A stretch of DNA of 64,000 nucleotides, from assembly GCA_002269645.1 (NCBI GenBank), contig NIVC01000359.1:186001-250000 (forward strand), given 5' to 3'. The position numbers and the translations under genes were made by a program. The first letter of the stretch is position 1. Each line of letters starts with the position of its first letter. Below the pieces are notes generated by a model. That model was not told the DNA's origin. It made no database searches and was given only the letters and a program-made list of their open reading frames with translations. This stretch comes from Macrostomum lignano. Its lineage: Eukaryota. This document shows positions 52,001 through 63,057 of this stretch, piece by piece.

Positions 52001-55000
52001 GCCAAAGCATCGGATGCGCTTCAAGGTGGACATGCCACTGGTGCTGATGCGCAACTTTAACCCGCCCAGGCTCTACAACGGCACACGGCAAAAACTGCTA
52101 GACATAGCGACACCTTGCGGTGCCAAGAAGTAGCCAGACAATACAACGGTGAACAACTATTGTTGCCACGCATTCCTTTGAGCCCCACAAACACCGACGT
52201 GCCCATAACCTTCAAGCGGCTACGCTACAGTTTTCAGTGAGGCCCAGTTTCTGCCTTAATATTCACAAGGCTCAGGGTCAGTCGCTGACGGAGTTCATCT
52301 GACCGTTGGGGTTGATTTACGCATGGCCGACTACGAGTATATACGGCATTGTCTCGAGCCAAAGACGCTGTCAACGTTCGGGAAGGTTATTGGCGGATAA
52401 ACTACGAACACTGTTTATCCAGAGGTGCCGAGTTGATGAATTAGCATGGGCACATTTTTGCTATTCTGCTATTTTCTTCGTATTATTTTAGTGAATACCC
52501 TGGATCCAAAAATATGTCAGTTGTTCACTGGCAACGATCATTTGGCAAAAAGGAAAACACACAAGGGCTTATACGGAGTAGAAAACGTTAACAACATTTT
52601 TCTTGAATGTTTTACTGAAAATCACGTTTCAGTAACGTGATTTTCGCAGAATTCTTGCGCAGAATTGCGGAAAAAATTATTACTTTCATTGACATGATAG
52701 GAAATAACAGCATGCCATAAACGGTTCTGCTGCATTCATTTTTTATCTTCTTTTTAGAAGTATTTTTAGGATGGGTTGTAATTGGCGGGGCCAACAATTT
52801 AAGTTGTGACTATATCATTGGTTTTTTTCAATTGGAGTATTTTATACAACAATTTTGTGGTGTATAAAGACGCGAGTCTCTCTGGGTTTGTGATTTTAGC
52901 AAATTTTGTTGCTTTTTAGAAAACTGCATTTGTACCCGAAGGGCAAATGAAAAACTTTTATTGGTATTCCTGTGCGAAAATCTCCTCACTGCGCGCAATA
53001 AAAATTTTCTTGGTGAAAACGATTCGTATAAAGTCTAAGTAGCATTTAGACTGCTGCATTTTTGCGCTTGTTTTTACCATGGAATCTGAGAACGAATAGG
53101 AAGATACTTCGACTGATGACGACTTGCTAGAGTCGCTAGATGGAATCGAAGAGGACGAGTTGATGGCAGGCGAACAAGAGAGAGAAAGTATGCAGACAGT
53201 GGAAGTTGGTGATGTGCCAGAAATGGCAGTTGCTTCAGTCTGGAATGGTTGCTGTGCCGAATGAAGCCGAGTTTGTAGGAACACCAGGGGTTCGCCAAGG
53301 CTAGATGGCATAATTAGCATCAGCTTATGAAAACGAAGAGTTTCAGAATCTGTACCCCACTGATGAAATTATTTTAAGAGTGTAGATTCAGGACTGCAGG
53401 GATGGATTAGAATCGTGATTGATTATGGTTTTATTTTATAGTTAAAAGCTGCTAAAACGAAAAAAAGCATAGAATTTTTACATTCAACCATATTATTTAT
53501 TTCCACACTGGCATAGGCATCCAACAGTAGAATACTGATAATATAGTTTATATTTTGTTCTTGACTATACATATATCTTTCTTCATAATGGATGTAGATC
53601 TGCCATTCTACCTACTTAACTCTCACATTATCATTCTTTAAATAGTTTTTTAATAATCTTAGTAATTCAAACAGCATAAAAATCAGGAGGTATTGCAGAA
53701 ATAGCATGATTTTTTCCTTCAAGCAAGTGTTCTAGACTTTTAGCTTCCAGACTATTAGAGCCTAGTAAGAATATACTTTTTAAACTATACAATTAATCCA
53801 GTAAACCATATCAAGGAAGTTTACCTAGCTTACCTATTTGCATCCATATTTTTTCTTGAGATGCAAACTTGCATTGGCAACTTTAGTAGAAAACCCAGGA
53901 TAGAAACAGAAACTGGACCTTGGTTTGAATCCATTAGGTTAAACAAAACAAAACAAACTAAACAAAAGCCCTGATTGCAGGTATATGTACTTGATGCATT
54001 ATTTTAATTAATTTTTGATCCTGTGCTTGACTGTGTGTACTGCAATAGTTTTACAAACTGCTATGCTTTATGGCTTCTGCCTTCACAATATTATTAATAC
54101 AAAATGTAAATGTACATTAAGAGATCAGAATGGTTGGTTAATTTATTGAGTTTTTTTTCATGTGATGGATCTCTCCTTCCAGAAGAAGTCGAATGAGCAA
54201 ACGCAATAAAACTAATTTAGACATTTTTAAAAACCTAACATTCTGAATAAATATGTTGAGCAGGCAAATCAAACGCAAAGCAAAAAACAACCGCCACACG
54301 ATGATGAACTGTTGGAGCGAATAAGACAGCAGCAAATCCTAATGATCGGTAGCCAGAGCAAGGACCGGCACCCAAACGATATCAGATTCGCTGTTGAGGC
54401 TTGTCTAGCTGGAGACAGCCGCAAACTGTCAGATGAAGGTAAGTTGCGCTTTCTCCAAGAGTATTACAAGCCAAACAGAGCCGTGTGTGCACTGTGCACC
54501 ACTGGAGAAACTGACACGACGCCAAAATACCTACATGCTAAAAGAAGTGCAAATGCAGCGACCAGAAATGCGCATGATGGCGTTTTCTGAAAAACTTGAC
54601 GGCCCCATTTGTCGATGCTGCTGCATTTTTATTCAGGACGTGTATCCCAAATGAGCAGCAGGATGGCCCAGGTTTGGTTTCTCTCAACGCAGCCTTTGTT
54701 TTTTGCATTCGCACTTGCATTTTTGGCTGCAATATCCCGGTCACAGTGTTTAGTGCGTATGATTATGCGCATTGTTTTATAGCATTGAGCGACTGTTGGA
54801 TTCAGGCAATCGAGCTGCAAGGATCCCTAAAAGTCGACCAGCTCCCCCGTGCATGTTATCAGAGGGACCAGCTAGCACACGATCAACAGATCACAGCTGA
54901 GCACTTCATCATCAATGTAACTATTTTTGTCCCTTCGAGCTTAGCCTCATTGGGACGCTTGATGATCTGTTTAATATCAGCAAACCGGAGCCATAGCTCA

Positions 55001-56765
55001 GCTCAGCAACTTGCTTCCATTTTTTGTGTGCGATGCTGAGTCCGTTAAATTTGCTGAGCTTTCTGCTACCCTCAAAGGGTATCAAAGCCACCAATTGTTG
55101 CTAGCTGTTGCACTTGAAGACTTTCACCATGAGTTTGCGGTGTGGCAGAGATTCTAGATGACCAAGAACATTTCTGATTGCCCGCACAACGTTAGTGATG
55201 TATTGGACAGCTGCAAGCCAGCCTTTTATCTAGCATCTATTTGGCACTTCAGATTTTTTATACTTTGCCCGTCTCAACGGCAACAGCTGAGAGAACGTTT
55301 TCCGCAATGAAGTACCTGAAGAAATATTCAAGGGCGACGACAGGCGAGGAAAGTCTTAGTGGATTGGCATTGATGTCAATCTATAAAATCGTGGATATCG
55401 ACGTTGAAGAGACAATCAAGTTTTTCGCCTCGAAAGATAGGCGCCTTCGACTAGTGCGATTTGGATCAGTGCGCCATGGCGAAGCTGCCAATGCAGTGAT
55501 CCGCAACCGCCTCTTGCCTGGCCTCAACCAGTCTTCCTCCAGCTCCAACACAAAGCAGGTTGCGACTATCCGCGCCGTCATCGAGGCCTTAAAAGACCTG
55601 CCAACGCGCCGTGTCGATCGTCTTCGTGGACTTCCGTAAGGCGTTCGACTTGGTGCTCAGGCTTGCGATCGCGTGGTTGCTGTCCTACTACGGCGTTCCG
55701 TCTGCACTGGTAGCTGGAGTGATGGACCTGTACAATGATTCCAGAGCGTTTGTTCAAACGAGCAAGGGCCCCAGTGCCCCACTGAGGAATTCAGCACAAC
55801 CTTCGGCGTCCTGCATGGCGACACGCTGGCTCCCCTGCTCTTCATCATGGTCGTGGATTACGTACTGCGTCATTCCATTCTAGCAAGAGTCCGGACTTCA
55901 TCGTCTCCGACAGGAGGAATCAGGCCTGGCGCGCGGCGCACCTGCTCAGGAACGTCTTTATCTTACGTACAAGGGGCGGATTCTGGTGAGCCACTGCCTC
56001 CGGAGTCTCGGCCGCGGCGACCAAGTCCCGTTGGCAATGCTCCTAGCCTGTACCAGCCACGCCAAAGGCGTACTGTGACACTGAGTGACTGTTTCGTGTC
56101 TGACTTTCAGGCTCAGCCCTCAGACCGCAGCTGCTTGCCCTTCGCGTCTCTTTCGCGACGCGTGCGCGCAAGAACTCGAGTTTTTTTGCTTTTCTCTATC
56201 TATCTATCTATTCGACAAGTGACGATTGGATTTATTTTTTTATAGCGAGCTCATGATTAATGAAATGGACTGATTCAGCCCAAGATTACATCTAATGTGA
56301 GTAACAGTAACATGTGCGCCAGTGAGTAAACTTTTGCTACAAATAATTTCGGGATTAACGTGTACACTTTCGTCTATTTGTCTATTAGAGTTAAGTCTTA
56401 CTCTCGGACAAGACAAATCTCGAAACAATCGTCTACTTTTTTATAACTTGAAAGTTATTGTAGGGATTTTTCTGTTGATGGGCCTGGACAAAAAGCTATT
56501 CTAAAAACGATAACAGAGTATCAGGTTTAAATATTTCAGGCATAGTTAATGAGACTTAACTCACCTGTTTAAGTCGTTCAGCAATAGCTCCAGTAGAATT
56601 AGCGCCGGCATCGCCATTCTTTGCCTCGGCCTCAGCCGCTGACAGGTGCGCGCCTAAGCGTACCGAGCGTTTTCGCACAACGCCAAGCAGGCCACCGCGT
56701 CTGTACAACAACAGCAGAGTTGGCGGCTTGAACACCAGGCCGCACTTTAACAGCTCGTCGCCAGA
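49022..56765 (-). CDS. CEP19: Centrosomal protein CEP19 (~180 aa), 3 coding exons; no ATG found at the start of the first exon
   Basis: Exons 56765-56565, 49769-49566, 49156-49022 (all phase 0). KCGLVFKPPTLLLLY...VRKRSV; LKQDKRHG; IDPLEDLNKVDEETLQRKKAAMQEQFEKHQLKPGDPGYIYDKEVDF...EWDSE match remembered CEP19. Confidence 0.9.
49385..49545. repeat. ~29-bp degenerate minisatellite (CEP19 intron 2)
   Basis: Unit approximately atgatgggaagaaaccgcaaaatatccca. Confidence 0.8.
50250..52420 (+). pseudogene. Degenerate Helitron RepHel (Pif1-like helicase) in CEP19 intron 1
   Basis: FYMQMLLLHVKGPTGYEAL...FKAACQAQGLL; VDAPATGK; TLLPSGQTAHS; LEAVDQSLRDIR, DFRQVL; PEVLNSL...MRNFNPPRLYNGTR; IHKAQGQSL. Many stops and frameshifts. 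Confidence 0.88.
54310..55450 (+). pseudogene. Degenerate hAT transposase with a recognisable C-terminal dimerisation domain
   Basis: ALQIFYTLPVSTATAERTFSAMKYLKKYSRATTGEESLSGLALMSIYKIVDIDVEETIKFFAS at 55241-55440; the upstream part is fragmentary. Confidence 0.8.
55470..56212 (+). mobile_element. Truncated RTE-like non-LTR retrotransposon RT fragment
   Basis: SIVFVDFRKAFDLV...LLSYYGVP; GVLHGDTLAPLLFIMVVDYVLR across frameshifts; (TCTA)n tail at ~56190-56212. Confidence 0.75.
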
Positions 56766-56904
56766 CTGCAATTAGTAATCAGTTTTCGGTTCTATTGTAG
56801 ACTTTCTTAACACCCTACTTACAGTAGGAGTCATAGGATGATTAAGAATGACAAATCCCACTCTCTTAGAAGGGTAACAGCACTCACTCAAAAAATAAAT
56901 CAGA

Positions 56905-57200
56905 ATGGAAACAGCACTCCCTCGGGATGGAAACAACACTTCCTCGGGATGGAAACAGCACTGACTCAGGATGGAAACAGCACTCACTCGGGATGGAAAC
57001 AACACTTCCTCGGGATGGAAACAGCACTTCCTCGGGATGGAAACAGCACTTCCTCAGGATGGAAACAGCACTTCCTCGGGATGGAAACAGCACTTCCTCG
57101 GGATGGAAACAGCACTTCCTCGGGATGGAAACAGCACTGACTCAGGATGGAAACAGCACTCACTCAGGATGGAAACAGCACTCACTCAGGATGGAAACTG
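56905..57200. repeat. 22-bp minisatellite between the zinc-knuckle gene and CEP19
   Basis: Unit ggatggaaacagcacttcctcg, about 13 copies; degenerate copies at ~57450-57565. Confidence 0.94.
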
Positions 57201-57814
57201 TGACATGGTGACGCGGTGAACTTTGCAATAAGTTGCATGCACTGAATTGTTGACTCACTAGCAGTGGCGATAGTTATTGAATGATAGTTATGGTTTTGTA
57301 TTTAACCTCCACCCAATGTGCGCTTGTATCTGTCTGCATGCACCCACCAGCTCATTGCTAACTAATAAATATTGTCAGCCTAGCTCTCAAGCGAGCACTT
57401 TTCTCACTCCTGCAATTGAACACTACTGCCTCAGGTATTAAAGATATAACAGAAACAGCGCTCCCTCGGGGTGGAAAAAGCACTCTGAATCAAGAATCAG
57501 AATAGAAACAGCACTCCTTCAGAATGGAAGAAGCACTCACTTAGGAATCAAACTGGAAACAGCACAAAATCAGACCGAAGACGCTTAACACTGCCTAACT
57601 GGGTATACTGTATACAGTGTATAGTCAAAAAAGAAAAAGGCAGCAAAGATTTACAAAAATGCAATCGCTAGTTATGCGATCCAGTTCTTCAAAGTGCATT
57701 TTTTATTAACAAAAAACTAAAACGAACTACTCTTTAAAACTGCTCGAAACTTCTAATTGATTTTGAACTTCATCGAATTAATTTTGAAACCTCAAGGATA
57801 CAAACGCGGCAGCA

Positions 57815-58243
57815 TCAGCCCGGACAGTTGGCGGCCAAGTGACCCTCTTGGCCGCAGATGCGACATTTCACAGGCGACGGACAATTCTTAGCCAAGTGGC
57901 CCTCCTGGCCGCAGTTGTGACACCGCGGCAGCGACTTGCAGTCTCTGGACAGGTGGCCCTCCTGTCCGCAGTTGTGGCATATAACGCCAGACGGACAATC
58001 CTTGGCCAGGTGGCCGGGCTTGCGGCAGTTGTAGCAGATCAAAGGCCGCTGCTGATCAAACGGCTGTGTGTGCAAGCAACGCGTCACGCCTGTTGCTCCA
58101 GCTGTTGCTGGCATAGAAAAGACTGGTCGCAATGACTTCATTGCAGATTGGCTGCCAGCGTTAACGACAGACAGCCATCTTTGGCTGCTAAGCAGGAGGC
58201 AGCGGGTTGTAGTAGCAGTCTTAACAGAGCAAGCAAAAGACAT
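57815..58243 (-). CDS. CNBP-like protein with four CCHC zinc knuckles and a presequence-like N-terminus (142 aa)
   Basis: Four C-x2-C-x4-H-x4-C knuckles (CYNCRKPGHLAKDC, CHNCGQEGHLSRDC, CHNCGQEGHLAKNC, CRICGQEGHLAANC); ATG 10 nt downstream of a TTGCAG acceptor-like site. Confidence 0.85.
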   Translation of the reverse strand: MSFACSVKTATTTRCLLLSSQRWLSVVNAGSQSAMKSLRPVFSMPATAGATGVTRCLHTQPFDQQRPLICYNCRKPGHLAKDCPSGVICHNCGQEGHLSRDCKSLPRCHNCGQEGHLAKNCPSPVKCRICGQEGHLAANCPG

Positions 58244-58921
58244 TGCCGCGTTGCTGCAATAGAATAATTAATAAGTTATGGTTTAACAATAGTTTAGCTG
58301 GAATTTTATAAAAACAGATAATATAACATATGCTTCATTATAATTAATTTTTTTTAACAAAAGGTGAGTGGTGACTGATTTGAGGCTGGTTAAATGTGAT
58401 CGCGTAGCATTTCAGGATCGGGATCCCACATTTTTGCTGGGATTCTGGCAGTTCAAGATTGGGATTCCAAATTTTTGCTGGGATCCTGGTATTTTGGGAT
58501 TGGGATCCCAAATTTTTGCTAGGTGAGATCCTAGTATTTTGGGATTGGGTTCCTATCCTACTAAATAGTGAGGTGTGCTAAAGTCACATTTCTTAGTATA
58601 ACATCAATACTTACACAATGATGGTAATTTACTTTTTATAGATTAATGATAATAATACTCATAAAGTAAACTTTATTTATATTATTAAAGTTATATTAAT
58701 TGCTTTTCTTCTATTTATTTACAGATAATAATAATAAGCTTAGGCCTTGTAATTATCTAATTTGATACAAAAATTAGAGGGTAATTCTAACTTGTCCTAT
58801 TACTTATTATTTTATTTTTGTATTGGCCTACCGCTACCTAGGGGCCAAATATTTTTTTGCTCATAATCACATTGATCCTAATCAATGCAACAAAAATGAA
58901 AATAAAACAACTACCAATTAT

Positions 58922-60540
58922 TAATATAGCATTTCCCAGTCAATCCGGTCCTAGAAGCACTCAATTTAATCCTGGGGACACCCATTTCGCGTATTCATTT
59001 TAAAAGCCATTAATAAGCAAGAATGAGTGACTTGGAAAGTAGTGCCAGCTTTGTCACTGCTGACAGAGAAGGAAATCAGGGGCGCGGACCATATGTGAAA
59101 GTTGACAATGAGAGGTACTGTCTCATCGTGCAAGCTCTTGAGCGTGGAGATGGAGAGACTCCATCATTGATTGCTCGGTGGCTAAACATGAAAATTTAAA
59201 TGGTATACTCAATAAGAAGGCGATACAAAACCACTGGCCACCAAGATCGTCTTCCCAGTGGTGGCCTGCGACATGAAAAACTTAAAGAGATGCACACAAA
59301 CACACTGCTGCAAATGTTGGAGGAAAATCCACTTTTAACGCTGAGTCAAATGCAACATGAGCTTCAACAATCTCATGGAATTGAAGTTAGCAAAAGTACG
59401 ATCGCTTGGAAGCTCGACAAGCAATTGTTTACAAGTGCTTGGTAAGGGACGCAGATATGCCAGCAGCCAGGAACAGCCTCAAAAACATTGCAAGGAGGCA
59501 TGAGCATGCCAAATGGCTGCTAGGTCTGCCAGCTGACTGCCATTTGATTTATGTCAACAAAACAGGTTTTAATCTATGGACGCAACGTGGTCAAGGCTGC
59601 AGCAGACGGGGTCAACAAGTGCGCCAAGTTGTTCATACACAATGCAGTGTCCAAGTGAACATTTTTCAAGCTATATCCCCGCATCTTGGCCTACTGTACC
59701 ATGAGATTATTGCCAAGACAATGACTGCTCAAAAGTTTCAGGGCTGCATTGATTGATTGGTCACGAACATTAGTGCTTGCAATGATATACAGCACTAGCA
59801 GCAGTTCTACATCTTAATGGACGGGGCCAGATTTCACAATGGGGTTTAAATTCCAGCAATGTTCCAGCACAATTGGCAGGTTGTAGTGCTTCCACCCTAC
59901 TTGCCATTTTTAAACCCAGTGGAATCTGCTCATAGCTGTTTAAAAGCCACAATCAAGCAGCAGCTGGCACTTCCGGCAGTCAAAGTTGAGCTAGATGGTC
60001 CACCTCCACAGATGACTCTGTGTCAATGGCGAATCACTATGCTGATCTGGATCGCTGAAGAATCGACTGGCGTGGTTACGGCTGCGAAATGCGTTGGATG
60101 GGACTGTCAAATGATGCGCTTTATCCCTAGATGCACTTCATCCCTAGATGCCAAATGATGCGCTTCATCCCTAGATGCATTGCGGGTGACCCCATTCTAT
60201 AACTTTGATGATGTTGTTTCTGATGCCTGTTCAGGTTTTCTTTTTTGTTACTGTTACTGTTTTCCTTGTTTTGTTTTGTCGACTAAATTGTGGTAAATTT
60301 ATTTCAGCTTCATTCTGAACAACTAAATGCTAACAAATCAATGTGTCAATCTCTTTTCTATAAAAGTAAGAGCTTTTAAAATAAATATGCAAAATTAGTG
60401 CCCCCAGGATTAAACTGAGTGGAACAAAACAATACTTGGCCATAGATATATCTCTAGTGACAGTGGAATGAATTGGAATTCTTTATTGCAAATTAAATTG
60501 AGTGCTTCTAGGACCAAATTGACCAGGAAATGCTATATTA
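58922..60540 (+). mobile_element. Tc1/IS630-family DNA transposon with a pseudogenised transposase
   Basis: ~48-bp TIRs (TAATATAGCATTTCC..GTCAAT..GGTCCTAGAAGCACTCAATTTAAT) ending in TA; HTH region, IYVNKTGFN, LMDGARFH and LPPYLPFLNPVE, with stops and frameshifts. Confidence 0.9.
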
Positions 60541-61257
60541 TATTTGCCTATTATCAGAATGGTTATTGTTACAATAGGCCTAACTTTAGAAAATTTTGAT
60601 GAATAGATATATATATTGGCTAAAGGTTGTTTTTCAGTTGAAAAATTAAAAAAATTTAGCCATAGACCTAGCCAAGATTAAGCTCAATATTCATAAAAGG
60701 AACCTTGAATCTTAATACCAATTAAAAAGTAGAGAGATAGATAAAGTAGAAGAAATAACAAATTAAATTGTAGATGGCTATAGATAATACAATGATATTC
60801 TATAATTAGAGGAAATGTAAGTTTTTAAATATAAATAAAAAAACTTAATCATATATTCTTCTTTTCTAGCTTTATATTATAGCCTTTAAAGTTATCTATA
60901 TATAGGGAAGAATGCAAAGTAATTTATAATCCTGCCTATTAGTCATACTTATATCTAGTACTTGTATGTTTTTAATCTGTTTAACAAACGTGAGCTACTA
61001 GTCTTAGTCTAGTAATCTATTGGCTATGAGCTTAAAGCAGAATAGGTCCATAGTCAGGAAAAAGGCATTCATATAGCTCCTTTCAACATGCAAACCATTT
61101 GCTAATATGGCTAAAGCAATATGCATGATAATGTTTGATAAAATTTAAAGGGCTTTATAAAGCACAATAATTTATATCAATAATGATGACAGTTACTTAA
61201 ATAAATTTAGAACTAAAAAATAAGGCAGTTGTTATTTTTACAGTGACTATATAAATT

Positions 61258-62541
61258 TAGGGACTTCAGTGAGTTATAAGAAGTGCGTGCCAATGGCAAA
61301 AAAGTAAGAAAAAAGTTCAATTTTTCAAGGGCGATTTTAAAGAAACTATAGAAGCCAGGATGAAAGTAAAATATGCATTTAAAAGGTAAAAAGGAGCTCT
61401 TTCAAATGACACCAACTGCAAGTCTAGCTTTGTTATACTTTTTGCACTGTCTATTTTTAAAGTTGACCATTTTTTAGGAGGAATATAAAATTGAAGCCAA
61501 AATGAATAAAAAAACAGTGGTTCAGAAAATGCTTTTTCTTAGCTGCAATGTGTTTCTTATAATGGAAACAAAGGTTTTATAGTGTAAAGGGATAATTTAG
61601 AAACATTTTTCTGGTGTTAAAAAAAAAATTTTTTTTTCTTTTAATGCCCATATGGCTCTATGCAAAATTTCAAATCCAAAATTTTCCATGAAATCCTTTT
61701 CCTGCATTGTTTCTCTTTATATTTTTCATTACCTATTGACAATACAAGCACAGTAAAAAAAACCGCTTGCCAATAGCTATAGGCGCAAAAATTTTGTGGA
61801 GGTTTCTTTTTTTGATACGTTTACATGTAAAATACCCATTGAAACGTGTATTTCGTGTTTTTTGTGAGACTCTGCCTTCCGGCAAACTAGTTCTCTGTGT
61901 CATTTAACTAATTCTGCTATGCTGAACACGATAGGCAAAACCGTTTTTTAATAAACCCATGAGCAAAGCCTGTACAGCACATTACATTGCAGTTGGGGTG
62001 TCTGTCATGCATTAAAAATTTAGGGCAAGAAGTAGAATAGTATTATAGTAGGTAAAAACCTGAACAAAATGACACTAGCCTTGTATAAATTAAGCAAGCA
62101 GAACAGATGCTATTGTATTTTTAAAATTGCAATCATTGCGTATCTGGTTAAAATAGTCAAAATTTCATACACCCATCCTGTTTCAATTAGCTTAGCAACT
62201 TGGGCATATAAAATAATATTAAAATATATAATTCATACAATTAACACTAAAAAACTGAACAAAATGACACCAAGCACAGTCATTTTGGTTGGCTAGAAAA
62301 TTAATTACAAGTGTTCAAAGACAAAAAGCCAACTTTTTGGCCAAAAATGATCACAAACCGTAATGTAAAAATTCCATTGGCTAAAGGCACAAATCGGGGT
62401 TACTAAAATAGCTGTAGTTTCCTTATTACTCAACCAAATCACTAAAGTTTGGCCATTTTGGAAATGGGAAAGTAAGATCTATCTAGTGAAATAGCAGCCT
62501 ATAACAATTTCTGAAATTTAATTTTCTCACTGAAGTGCCTA
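61258..62541. mobile_element. Possible ~1.3-kb non-autonomous TIR element
   Basis: TAGGGACTTCAGTGAG (61258-61273) versus CTCACTGAAGTGCCTA (62526-62541): 15/16 inverted match, no coding capacity between. Confidence 0.45.
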
Positions 62542-62812
62542 TAATATAAATAACAAAATGGTTATTTTTATGGTTAATGCATAAAACACTATGCGGGCCT
62601 ATGGTCTTTACTTAATGTAACTGTATAAATAGCAAAACTGTTATTTTTACGGTCACCGTAGGTAGTGTGGTAGGTTGAGCCTCCTACTAACTGTTTGAAA
62701 TTTATTTTTGGATCCCGCTTTCTGGTCATTATTTTTTGCCATTGTCCTGGGTTTGGCCCTCCTCTGTCCACCTTAAGGTGCTGCCCTGACGTCACCCTTG
62801 AAATTTAAAGGC

Positions 62813-63057
62813 ATAGTTCTAGTTTACTTCGTTATATTCCAACCCCCTACCCTTGAATAGAGGGCGAAATAATTTAACGCAGTAAACTAGAACTATACCA
62901 ATTTAAAGTATGATCCTAATCTCCGTAGCTTGTAGTTGTAGGCCCTAATACAGCTCAGAAGAGCGTCTTGGGCATAGTTCTAGTTTACTTCGTTATATTC
63001 CAACCCCCTACCCTTGAATAGAGGGAGAAATAATTTAACGCAGTAAACTAGAACTAT
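62813..63057. repeat. Two near-identical 84-bp palindromic mini-elements (62813-62896 and 62974-63057)
   Basis: Each is bounded by ATAGTTCTAGTTTAC...GTAAACTAGAACTAT. Confidence 0.85.

Noticed and set aside
53079-53265. Acidic peptide resembling a piggyBac N-terminus
   Set aside because: Interrupted by a stop, with no catalytic region, TTAA TSD or TIR pair identified.
55241-55639. Apparent hAT-dimerisation/RT fusion protein
   Set aside because: Junction of a LINE fragment next to a dead hAT; start is TTG and both parts are decayed.
56772-57219. Repetitive METALPRDGNS ORFs
   Set aside because: 22-bp minisatellite cycling through frames.
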